Virus record (IMG/VR): IMGVR_UViG_3300029286_000011
DNA length: 64,000 nucleotides
From: a virus
Taxonomy: Duplodnaviria; Caudoviricetes
Strand: one strand, 5' to 3'
Shown here: piece by piece, positions 8,292-16,747 of the stretch
How positions within the stretch are numbered: position 1 is the first letter of the stretch
How the letters are laid out: each line of letters opens with the position of its first letter
Program-made: the position numbers and the translations under genes
The notes under the pieces: generated by a model
Databases searched by the model: none
Seen by the model: only the letters and a program-made list of their open reading frames with translations
What the model was told of the DNA's origin: nothing

Positions 8292-10412
8292 CTAGCTGAC
8301 AGTGAGTGACTTGTAATCAGGCCCGTAATAACCCTGTTTGAAATACAGCAGGACATAGTTGCCTGGATCAAGCATCATGGGCGTTACCCATCGACCAAGC
8401 AGGGTTGTAACGCTGCGCGCGACGGCGTATGCCGCTGTTCGATTTCCAGCTTCCCAGTCGGACTGTGTAAATGCCCATATTGTCGCGTTATCAATTCCAG
8501 CGCCATTAGCAGCGGCATAAGCCAATGCGTCATCGCTGCCATAGTTGTGATCAACAGATACAGCATCATCGCTGGAAGTATCTACAACAATCGTATCAGT
8601 CTTGGCCTGAATGTCTTCCAGGTACTTGTCGATACTGCCGTCTGCCGAGGTGGTGCCTGTGGCTGCAAGCTGTAGGGCGTTACGGAAGTCCTGAGGATCA
8701 AATGACACAGAGACAGAGCTAATTGCCTCTGGCAAAGTTGTGCCTGTGTCTTCGCTGATCTGCGCTAGCAACGAGCCCTCAGCCTCCATAGCTGTTTTCA
8801 CATCTGAGGCTGAATGAGTAGAAAATCCAGCGGCAGTTACCCAGTGTATGTCGCCATAAGCTGCCAGCGCAGTTATTGCTGCATCCATCTCAGCCTTGGT
8901 TGGTCCGGCATAAGTGCTAAATGCCGCAGTCAGGTCGTTAGTTGTCAGTGTGCTGGTGCCTATGGTGGGCGGATTAGATACGTCTGCAGCCCAATTTAGC
9001 GTTGCTGGCGATTTGGCAACTGCCGCGCCGGCAGCGTGTCGACTTGTTATCGTCGTATCCAAGTATCCGGCCTTGGTGTTTGTCCATACAGCTGTACTGA
9101 GCGCTGTAGACGCCAGGGCCAGCGGGCTAACCGCTGAATCCAACTCGGCCTTCGTAGGCGGGCGGTAGGCCGTAATCGCGGCGGCGCAGGCGGCTTGCGT
9201 TTCGGCCTGGTTCAACCCGCTTTCGACGGCCGTTTCCAATTGCACAAGTACCGGCTGCGCGGAGTAGGTTGCCGTCTTAACTAATGCGACGATGAGACTC
9301 TTAGCGCCGGCTATAGCTGCGATAGTAGGATGCAGGCTGATTGAGTACGCGCCAGGGTGATTGGTATGCTCGATTTCAGTAATGCGACACCGCGAGTTGT
9401 CCACTGATGCGTTGTATTGGACGGCTGCGCCGACAACGAGCGTGTCATTGGTTGTGGCATACGTCCATGAATCGCCGGTTTCTGGGCACAGAATGTGTAT
9501 TTCAGCGTTAGCGTCAAGAGCGCTGGCACCTGTCTGCTCCTCGCTGAATGCAAATGATCCTTCACCCTGAATCATGGTCACGGTCATTAGTGGTTGTGGC
9601 ATACCAGCTAGCGCCCCCGTGAATTCCACCAACACATCGGATTGATCCATTGAGCAAGACACATCTCCAACGCCGATGTTTGGCAGCGCCTCTAAGGCTA
9701 TTTGCATCGACGCACTGTCACGGCCATAAAGCGAAACGGTAGTCTCGCCGTCAAAAGTGACCGTAAATTCCTGCGGTTCGCCAGGGTCGGATACCTCGTA
9801 AAGTCGCTGGATGGCATTGGCTTGCACGCCGGTCATCAGCGTCGTGGCGTCCCCGGCCGGATCGACCACAAACAACGGCACCATCGGCTCCGTCTCACCG
9901 TGCGGCATCACAATCGTGATCATGTCGCCTGTCGGTCTAGCTACGGAACTCGCCGCCAAGACCGCGTCTAGTTGGGTGTCCAGATCATCGTCGGCCATGC
10001 CCAACGCCGTGCGGATGTCGGCGGAACTGAGCGTCGATGCAGCGGCATCGAACCAATCGACCTGCCATGAGGCGTTGGTGTCGCTGGCGTTGCTGCTCAG
10101 GACTTGGATCGTGTAATCGGTGGCCGTAGCCGAACCGCCGGCCAGGTAGTACGGGCCGAGGTGCAACGTCACGCCCGTATCGGTCGCAACATCCTTCGCC
10201 ACCGCGAACTGATCGAGCGTTCGGCTGTCGGTCGTGTTGCGGATCTTGACCGTGATCGTCGCCGCCGTGTTGGTCAGTCCGGTCAGCATGACCTTCGCCG
10301 CCACCCGCAGCGTCGTGGCTGCACTGACCGTTAGTTTGGCTGTTGCCAGGGACTGCAACGTGGTCACGTTCAACGCGCTGCCGGTCGTGCTCTGTAGTGC
10401 TGTTACTGCCAT
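8292..10412 (-). CDS. Ala/Thr-rich accessory virion protein (706 aa), apparently mosaic
   Basis: Long ORF in the LamG module; structural-protein composition. Confidence 0.55.
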   Translation of the reverse strand: MAVTALQSTTGSALNVTTLQSLATAKLTVSAATTLRVAAKVMLTGLTNTAATITVKIRNTTDSRTLDQFAVAKDVATDTGVTLHLGPYYLAGGSATATDYTIQVLSSNASDTNASWQVDWFDAAASTLSSADIRTALGMADDDLDTQLDAVLAASSVARPTGDMITIVMPHGETEPMVPLFVVDPAGDATTLMTGVQANAIQRLYEVSDPGEPQEFTVTFDGETTVSLYGRDSASMQIALEALPNIGVGDVSCSMDQSDVLVEFTGALAGMPQPLMTVTMIQGEGSFAFSEEQTGASALDANAEIHILCPETGDSWTYATTNDTLVVGAAVQYNASVDNSRCRITEIEHTNHPGAYSISLHPTIAAIAGAKSLIVALVKTATYSAQPVLVQLETAVESGLNQAETQAACAAAITAYRPPTKAELDSAVSPLALASTALSTAVWTNTKAGYLDTTITSRHAAGAAVAKSPATLNWAADVSNPPTIGTSTLTTNDLTAAFSTYAGPTKAEMDAAITALAAYGDIHWVTAAGFSTHSASDVKTAMEAEGSLLAQISEDTGTTLPEAISSVSVSFDPQDFRNALQLAATGTTSADGSIDKYLEDIQAKTDTIVVDTSSDDAVSVDHNYGSDDALAYAAANGAGIDNATIWAFTQSDWEAGNRTAAYAVARSVTTLLGRWVTPMMLDPGNYVLLYFKQGYYGPDYKSLTVS

Positions 10413-10418
10413 GCTGGC

Positions 10419-10754
10419 TTACTCCTGGCTCGGCTGCGGTTCGGGCTCGACGGCCTCGGGCTGTTCTGGCATCGGCGGGAACTGATACGGGCTGTTCGCC
10501 TCCCAGAACGCTTGCGTACTGTCGAACGTCGCGGACAGTGCGGCGGCCACTTCGACCGGCAGCGCAGCCAGGATGTTGGCCTTGCCGTGCGCCTTGCAGC
10601 GATCGGAAATCATGGAACACTGATAGGCCATCTCGCTCCAGGTCCGTTCGATACCCTGGAGGATGTCGGCCACCGCCGTTGCGATCTCGCTGGTCGTCTG
10701 CGCCTGCCGCGCGAACTCGACGAGCACCGCCGCGGGTTTGGCTTCTTCGGGCAT
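10419..10754 (-). CDS. Hypothetical protein (111 aa)
   Basis: GAGG SD; abuts both neighbours. Confidence 0.6.
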   Translation of the reverse strand: MPEEAKPAAVLVEFARQAQTTSEIATAVADILQGIERTWSEMAYQCSMISDRCKAHGKANILAALPVEVAAALSATFDSTQAFWEANSPYQFPPMPEQPEAVEPEPQPSQE

Positions 10755-10755
10755 G

Positions 10756-11517
10756 TTAGCACCTCGTATGGGCTAGGCCGTTTTTTCCGGCCAGGTAGTG
10801 GTATTGGATGCGGGCCGCGGCCAGGGCGTAGGTGTAGAGGGCCACGCCGAAGATCCGGCCATCGTAATAGGACGTGGCCCCGGCGCCATTGGCCGCAGCG
10901 CCGATTTTCAGCGGACACGTCGCGTTGTAGATCGCGGCGATCGCACCAGCAGCAACCTTCGCGGGCGTTTGCAATACACCATTCACATAGAGCGCGAGGG
11001 TCGTACCGTTCCACGTAAACGCAACGTGGCTCCACTCGCCAACCGTCAGGCTGGCGGTGCTGTTGTACCGCTTGACGTTACTCCCGTAGAGCCCATCAGC
11101 GGAAATGGTCACTTGAAGTTTCGGCGGATTCGACGTCTCGACCTGCATCAGCCAGGACCGCTGATTGATGCTTGAATCGTATTGTCCGCAGATCGACCGA
11201 TTGAAGGTGCTGCCCTGCCTCACCCAGGCTTCCACGGTCATCGCCGAGGATACAGCGATCGCGGCGGAATCGGCGATCGAGACGCATTGGCTCGACCCGT
11301 TGAACGTCGGTGCGCCGGAAGCACTACGGTTGATCGGTCCCGGCATGACGCCCAGAGTTGGCGAACCCACATATGTGCCAGCATTGTTGGTCCCGCGCGC
11401 GGCCAGCATCAGATCCGCAGCCGCTATTCCACTGACCTCGTCGAGCATCCATGCAGCGACCGGCAGACCGCCGTAGGCGGCCTCGCTCAAGATCACGTTG
11501 CGGTAGTCTAGATACAT
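10756..11517 (-). CDS. LamG/concanavalin-A-like lectin domain protein
   Basis: MTVEAWV...GEWSHVAFTWNGTTLALYVNG...LKIG...YYDGRIFGVALY motifs. Confidence 0.85.
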   Translation of the reverse strand: MYLDYRNVILSEAAYGGLPVAAWMLDEVSGIAAADLMLAARGTNNAGTYVGSPTLGVMPGPINRSASGAPTFNGSSQCVSIADSAAIAVSSAMTVEAWVRQGSTFNRSICGQYDSSINQRSWLMQVETSNPPKLQVTISADGLYGSNVKRYNSTASLTVGEWSHVAFTWNGTTLALYVNGVLQTPAKVAAGAIAAIYNATCPLKIGAAANGAGATSYYDGRIFGVALYTYALAAARIQYHYLAGKNGLAHTRC

Positions 11518-11574
11518 CTGCTGCCTCGTTGTGACGCTATCTCAACACATTATAAGCAATAACCCCTGATAGCT

Positions 11575-11602
11575 AAAGAAAAGGCCATGCGACTGCATGG
11601 CC
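11575..11602 (-). terminator. Intrinsic terminator
   Basis: GGCCATGC-AGTC-GCATGGCC followed by TTTTCTTT then AGCTATCA. Confidence 0.85.
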
Positions 11603-11703
11603 CCTTCTACACTTGTGACTCATCCATGAGACTAGCCTCCATGCTAAAACAAATGACGTACAGGTAGGACAGGAGCGTATTAGGTTCCGTACGCCTAGTC
11701 TCC
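11575..11703 (-). ncRNA. Candidate ~130-nt structured small RNA with a 6-codon micro-ORF
   Basis: TGGCATAAT at 11709-11717, internal inverted repeats, terminator at the end; see findings. Confidence 0.4.
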
Positions 11704-11718
11704 TACCTATTATGCCAC

Positions 11719-11979
11719 CTAAACGGTCTGCCGTTCAGGGGCCGTCGTGTGACCGTACTGCTCCAGCAGCGCGGTCAGCGCCTGTCGCGACGCAAGCTGC
11801 AGGCTCCGAGTCTCCTCGAAGACCTCCGGCTCGCTCATCGCCAGATCGGCCAGCTCGTCGATGTTGATGACAAGCTGAGTGACCTTCACGACGACGTCGT
11901 TCGGGACGTCGTCACAAAGTGCCACCTGCCAGTGCCTATGATCGGCGTCTGGCATTTCGCAGTAAACGTCGAGTAGCAT
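11719..11979 (-). CDS. Hypothetical protein (start revised to 11979)
   Basis: AGGAG SD and ACTAGCC leader motif. Confidence 0.65.
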   Translation of the reverse strand: MLLDVYCEMPDADHRHWQVALCDDVPNDVVVKVTQLVINIDELADLAMSEPEVFEETRSLQLASRQALTALLEQYGHTTAPERQTV

Positions 11980-12101
11980 CGTGTTTTCTCCTATTACGAG
12001 GCTAGTTATGCGACACGAAAACGCTGCGTCCCCCATATTCTTTCGGAGGACGCAGCGTATTGGAAGAGAATTTCGCCAGAAAAGTACACAATCTGACGAA
12101 A

Positions 12102-12572
12102 TTATTCTTTGCCAGCTGCCGATTTGGCCCGCTTTGTGATCACGGACCACGCAAAATTGGACAATGCTTTTCCTATGTGCCAGCAAACGAATACCGACAC
12201 CAGTAAGGCACCTAGAGTGCATAGCGAATCGTCACGATTCGAGCCCTCGTTACGCACTACGGCTCGCGTACGAAGGCCGTCCTCCTCTGTTAGAGCCTTG
12301 ACGCTAGAGAAGCGTCCGTTCAGCTCTTGGTTGTTGCTGCTGACGTCAGTAGACAAGTTGTCTAACTTGGCCGATAGGGTGACCAGTCGAGCATCTAGCC
12401 CGCTCATGCGGGCTGCCAAAACGTTGGCCTCATCGCTGATCTTGCCCATCAGCACGTTCTGACCGGACACGACTTGCCCGGTTGTGCGGCCAATGTAGCT
12501 TGCCAGCAGCACAGAGAACAACGCAACAACAACGAGAATTACGGTGGTGTGAATAGCGGACTTGTCATTCAT
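12102..12572 (-). CDS. TM-coiled-coil-TM membrane protein (paralog 3)
   Basis: Hydrophobic N- and C-terminal helices with a heptad-like middle. Confidence 0.75.
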   Translation of the reverse strand: MNDKSAIHTTVILVVVALFSVLLASYIGRTTGQVVSGQNVLMGKISDEANVLAARMSGLDARLVTLSAKLDNLSTDVSSNNQELNGRFSSVKALTEEDGLRTRAVVRNEGSNRDDSLCTLGALLVSVFVCWHIGKALSNFAWSVITKRAKSAAGKE

Positions 12573-12608
12573 CTTGAATCCCCTTGGCTAGTTAGGGCTA
12601 GAGCAAAC

Positions 12609-13184
12609 TCACGAACGTACGGTCAGCTTCTTAATAAGCTGCCATATCTTACGCGACAAGAACTTTAGTGCGTGCCAGCTAACTAGCACGCCGATAAGCA
12701 CGGCAACAGTGAACCATGGAATCTCTTCCGTGCAGGTAACGACATGGTATCTCAGATTGCTTATCGAATCCTTCTGAGACACCAGTCGGTCCAGAATCCG
12801 GTAGTCATGCTCATGAGCCTCCTTCGAAAGAGTCTCGACCGATTTCTGCAGCTGCATGATCATGTCGACCGGAGGTCGTTGATCACGGAGAAGCTTTTTC
12901 ATCTCCTCGTGATCCTCGGCGTATACGCGCGCCGAGTTCTTCAGAAGGTTCTCTAATGCCGTCAACCGGCCTAGGACACTGTACACCTCGTCCAGCACTT
13001 TTTGATTATCGCTGGTAGGTGCTTTGACCGTGTCCGACGGCGCAAACACAGCCGGTGTGATGCAGTCCACGGCGCGATGTTCGCTCTGCTTGAGCCTTTC
13101 AGGCTCACTAGGTGCCAGGGCGTAAAAGCCCACGGCCACCAGTGCCATGACCAACACGACGAACAAGATCTTTTGAGTCTTCAT
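12609..13184 (-). CDS. TM-coiled-coil-TM membrane protein (paralog 2; start revised to 13184)
   Basis: AAGGA SD; same architecture. Confidence 0.75.
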   Translation of the reverse strand: MKTQKILFVVLVMALVAVGFYALAPSEPERLKQSEHRAVDCITPAVFAPSDTVKAPTSDNQKVLDEVYSVLGRLTALENLLKNSARVYAEDHEEMKKLLRDQRPPVDMIMQLQKSVETLSKEAHEHDYRILDRLVSQKDSISNLRYHVVTCTEEIPWFTVAVLIGVLVSWHALKFLSRKIWQLIKKLTVRS

Positions 13185-13226
13185 GAAACATTCCTTTTGG
13201 CTAGTGACGTGATGACAAAACATACG

Positions 13227-13616
13227 TTACGCTGATTGCTTTGCTGCCAACTCTGCTCGTGCCGCCTTCCAGGCACGAATTATGTTGCGTATGCACAGGT
13301 ATACGCCCATAGCAGATAGTATCAACACGGCCGTATTCCATGTCGATTCCTGTACGATCGTGCGTGTATACACATGATCCGATGTCGCCTCCTTAGAGGC
13401 ATTGGATTGTATCTCGCGCCACTTGGCGGCTGTGCTGTGTGTATCTGCCTGCAGCGTTGTAAGCTGCATTCGCACCTCGTTGATGACCTTGTCTCGCTGA
13501 CGTTCAGCGGACATGATCGAATTCAGTGTACTGGTGTTCGACGACACCAACAGCAGTGTACACAAACTCATGGAGACAGTTGCCGTCATGCAGACGGACA
13601 TGTATTTGCTAATCAT
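13227..13616 (-). CDS. TM-coiled-coil-TM membrane protein (paralog 1)
   Basis: AGGAG SD; same architecture. Confidence 0.75.
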   Translation of the reverse strand: MISKYMSVCMTATVSMSLCTLLLVSSNTSTLNSIMSAERQRDKVINEVRMQLTTLQADTHSTAAKWREIQSNASKEATSDHVYTRTIVQESTWNTAVLILSAMGVYLCIRNIIRAWKAARAELAAKQSA

Positions 13617-13649
13617 GACATCTCCTAAGGCTAGTTAGGTGGTGAAAAA

Positions 13650-13772
13650 CTACTGGCTGAGGGACAGCAGGGCCTGCGCCCCGCAGTAAACCGTCCCGGC
13701 CAGAATCAGAAGCTTGACCACCGACATGGCGATCACAGACACCACGCTATCTACGTGAGCTGACTTACGCAT
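13650..13772 (-). CDS. 40-aa hydrophobic peptide (MRKSAHVDSVVSVIAMSVVKLLILAGTVYCGAQALLSLSQ)
   Basis: Hand translated; TAAGGAG SD. Confidence 0.6.
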   Translation of the reverse strand: MRKSAHVDSVVSVIAMSVVKLLILAGTVYCGAQALLSLSQ

Positions 13773-13774
13773 GT

Positions 13775-14764
13775 TTACTCCTTAAAGAGGGCGGGTAGTA
13801 ACTGAACGGCTAGCTCCCGGCTGAGATGCAGCCGGAAGGGTTCGTTGCTGATGATCCCATGTTGAGGGCCGCGCCCAGGGATCTCAGCGACAGTTTCACG
13901 CAGGTCGATACCGTCGTGTAGGGCGGTGAATATGACCTGCTTGGTAGACAGTCGGGATGCAATTGCACCCTTTGTGCTGATGACGACCAGCACATCTGCA
14001 TTCAGGTCGACAGCCGTGGCCTGTAGAATGTGGCTGTCGAACTTGTCGCTGACGTTGGATACGTCCAGCACGGCCCATCGGCGGTCGTACACCGTCGAGA
14101 TGCGCATGCTGTCCAACACGTCTAACGTGTCCCGCACCACAACGTCGTGGTTCAGCGCCATGACATTCAGACGCTTCTCAGCTTCGCGGCCAACCAACAT
14201 GTCCACAAACAGCTGGTAGGCTTCCTGATGGCCGCGCGCATCTTCGCGCTGCAATACGGCCGTCGACCTAACGAATAGCTGGCCGATATCTGAGAAGAGA
14301 TGCAGCTTGGCCGCATAAGACGGCCCGTCCAGCCGCATCGCATCCTCAACCAAATCGACGTAGGTGAGGCCTACGGCGCGCAGTGCTGCAAACAGTCCAT
14401 CGCCGTCGGCGTGAGCGATGATCACATCTTTGTCGCCGATGCAGCCGATATCGATCAGCTGGGCACAGGCTAGAGCGTTCTTACGGGTGACACACAACGC
14501 GTCTACTAACGGCCGTGCCCGTATTAGCTCGTATACGTCATCGTACAACTCGCTGCCGGTATCTGGTTTGTGATGGTCACGTACCATCACCTTGTGCTTC
14601 ATCGCTAGGTCTGAAATCAGATCATGGCACACCACTGGCGACAGATCGGCTATCAGAACCTTGGAGGCACCCTGGCAGCATCGGATCAGTACCGACGATA
14701 TCTGTTCGATTTCAGACGGCTGGACGAACATCGCCAGCGTCTTACGAAGCATTAACGAAAACAT
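13775..14764 (-). CDS. DHH-like phosphoesterase with permuted motif order
   Basis: VLIAD, VRDHH, then HADGDG. Confidence 0.55.
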   Translation of the reverse strand: MFSLMLRKTLAMFVQPSEIEQISSVLIRCCQGASKVLIADLSPVVCHDLISDLAMKHKVMVRDHHKPDTGSELYDDVYELIRARPLVDALCVTRKNALACAQLIDIGCIGDKDVIIAHADGDGLFAALRAVGLTYVDLVEDAMRLDGPSYAAKLHLFSDIGQLFVRSTAVLQREDARGHQEAYQLFVDMLVGREAEKRLNVMALNHDVVVRDTLDVLDSMRISTVYDRRWAVLDVSNVSDKFDSHILQATAVDLNADVLVVISTKGAIASRLSTKQVIFTALHDGIDLRETVAEIPGRGPQHGIISNEPFRLHLSRELAVQLLPALFKE

Positions 14765-14795
14765 GAAAAACTCCTAGGCTAGTGTTGCGATACAT

Positions 14796-14836
14796 AAAAA
14801 AGAAAGACCGACCGGCGTTTGCCAAGTCGGTCTTTC
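14796..14836 (-). terminator. Intrinsic terminator
   Basis: GAAAGACCGAC/GTCGGTCTTTC stem followed by TTTTTT. Confidence 0.8.
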
Positions 14837-14857
14837 CGTGGCGACCTCTGAGTCGGC

Positions 14858-15691
14858 CTACAAGTCGGAATACTTATAGTCGGCTAAGAACGCCAACGCC
14901 GCCTCGCGGCGTTGCGTAGTCGGTTCGTACAGGAACCGGTGCGCCGGACTATCCGACGAAGTATTATGGTTCGACCAGAACGTCCTCAGGTCGAATCCAG
15001 ACTCGGCCATAATGGCTATGTAGTCGTCTAGCCACAAGCCTGCACGCCAGCAGGCTAGCGCATGTGACGATACGCCGTCGCCGGTGTAAATGGCCGGCAT
15101 CATGATGCCTCCATCTTGCTGACGAATAGCCAGCAAAGGGAAGGCCGAAAACGACGTCATGGCCGTCAGAAGAATCTGACAGAGCCCGGCTGCTGGCAAT
15201 GTTGTAGACGCCGGCAGCTGCGCTCCAATGGCCCACAGATCGTTCTGAAGACGGGCCATTGGGTTGTCCTCGAACTTGACCTCGTCGGTTTCCGGGTCAA
15301 GTAGCATGGCATGGCCGTCCGTGACCACCGCATGTACCTGATTGCCAATCAGGCACACCTGTCGCTCTTCCGCCGTCATGGCAGCCAGCTTGGCCATCAG
15401 CTGCTCATGATCATCGAGCCTGTCATGCGACGGCACGGACCCCGTAAGGTCCGTCAGCGGAATGTCCAGACAGGACCAGTTGTTCTGATCCATTGTACGG
15501 ACAACGTCCAGTGAACGACTGCGCATGACAGCCCTGGACAAAGCTGTCAGCGCTTTTGGCAGCATGGTCCTTGGCGCTTGCTGCTGGCTTCTTTCCAAGC
15601 CAACGAGCTTCTCCACCAGCACCGGCATATTGACGATGCTGATGTTCCAGGGCCACCCAAACGGGCGTTCCTTCGCAAGCTTCATACTCAT
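14858..15691 (-). CDS. Hypothetical protein (277 aa)
   Basis: ORF with AAAGGA SD and ACTAGCC leader. Confidence 0.7.
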   Translation of the reverse strand: MSMKLAKERPFGWPWNISIVNMPVLVEKLVGLERSQQQAPRTMLPKALTALSRAVMRSRSLDVVRTMDQNNWSCLDIPLTDLTGSVPSHDRLDDHEQLMAKLAAMTAEERQVCLIGNQVHAVVTDGHAMLLDPETDEVKFEDNPMARLQNDLWAIGAQLPASTTLPAAGLCQILLTAMTSFSAFPLLAIRQQDGGIMMPAIYTGDGVSSHALACWRAGLWLDDYIAIMAESGFDLRTFWSNHNTSSDSPAHRFLYEPTTQRREAALAFLADYKYSDL

Positions 15692-15715
15692 TCCTTTACA
15701 CTAGTGAGGGCTAGT

Positions 15716-16010
15716 AAAAATGGCCTCCGGACGGATCACTAGCCTAATCCGCCGGAGGCCCCACACCACAAAACTCAATAATAGCGCCCTGTTCTGGCTC
15801 CTATGGCCAGCACTCAGGGTCTGTTACCACGGAGTAAAACTGCAAGTTAAGAACGAAGCTAACACACTGGATACCTGTAGGGCAGGCCGGTCAACCGCAA
15901 GCGGTCCACATTTATCGGCGTTCGTTGCCCTAACAGGCTCCAGTGCCAGCGGCAGGAGCCACCGCCGTTGCGACCCCTGTGTAACTTTTTTGCCGAATTA
16001 CACAGAGGTA
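15716..16010 (-). ncRNA. Candidate ~290-nt multi-hairpin non-coding RNA ending in a terminator-like hairpin
   Basis: Five consecutive stems: 15722-15760, 15787-15819, 15874-15937, 15936-15960, 15977-16005. Confidence 0.5.
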
Positions 16011-16022
16011 AGCGCTCCTGAA

Positions 16023-16319
16023 CTACACTCCGTCGTTCCACCAGGCCTGCTGGCTCGGTAGCCACGTGGCCTCCTCGCGCCACGTCCGTCCACCGTTGAC
16101 GTTATCACCGCCCCTGGCCACAAAGTGCGCCGACTTTGACGGGTCGATCACGCGAACAAGGTCCGGACCCGAAACGAATCCGTTGTCGCGGACTCCTTCG
16201 GTGACGCAGTTGATGCAGCAGAACACTTGACCCCAGCAGGCACCGCTGCCGAAGTAGGAGCGGCCGTAGATGTGCCCTAACTCCCGCGTCAGGACTACCT
16301 CTTGTACGTTCGTTGACAT
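16023..16319 (-). CDS. Hypothetical protein (start revised to 16319)
   Basis: AAAGGA SD and ACTAGCC leader. Confidence 0.65.
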   Translation of the reverse strand: MSTNVQEVVLTRELGHIYGRSYFGSGACWGQVFCCINCVTEGVRDNGFVSGPDLVRVIDPSKSAHFVARGGDNVNGGRTWREEATWLPSQQAWWNDGV

Positions 16320-16588
16320 CGCAAAATTCCTTTGGCTAGTGACTATAAACACAAAACAGACCGAAAGGTCTGATAATTGGCGCCTGCCGCAAGTAGGGAG
16401 ACCTACGGCAGGTTCGTTGCACAGGTACCGTAGCAGGCCTGGAGTTATCCAAGCCTCCACAGCGTAAAAGCAACGAAGGACTGCAATGCCGGACTGCAGT
16501 CATAAGATGGCAGCGACCTCAGAACTATGTCCGGTCGCCGCGTATTAAGGCGGTACTAAGCTAAAGTCGATATGCCAAGGAGATTGGA

Positions 16589-16614
16589 AGATGTAATTAG
16601 CGCTAATTACATCT
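16589..16614. repeat. Perfect 26-bp palindrome AGATGTAATTAGCGCTAATTACATCT (copy 2)
   Basis: Read directly; intergenic. Confidence 0.95.
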
Positions 16615-16691
16615 CTGATCCGTGGCAGCGACGATAGCTAGTTAGCGCCTCCAATATAGTATGACGCGTTTTGGGCCTTTATTTACCAATG

Positions 16692-16739
16692 AAAAAAGCC
16701 GGCAGGTGCCTCATGCACCCACCGGCTTTGCCAACCTTC
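16692..16739 (-). terminator. Intrinsic terminator closing the capsid operon
   Basis: AAAGCCGG...CCGGCTTT stem followed by T-tract. Confidence 0.75.
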
Positions 16740-16747
16740 CGTGGTTG

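Larger units (their letters stand above)
12000..16340 (-). promoter_or_regulatory. Seven copies of leader motif ACTAGCC (12000, 12586, 13199, 13629, 14777, 15709, 16334)
   Basis: Each copy lies just 5' of an SD and start codon; read directly. Confidence 0.85.

Noticed and set aside
9985-10620. 211-aa minus-strand ORF rich in Arg/Gly
   Set aside because: Alternative frame over GC-rich real genes; composition typical of frame shadows.
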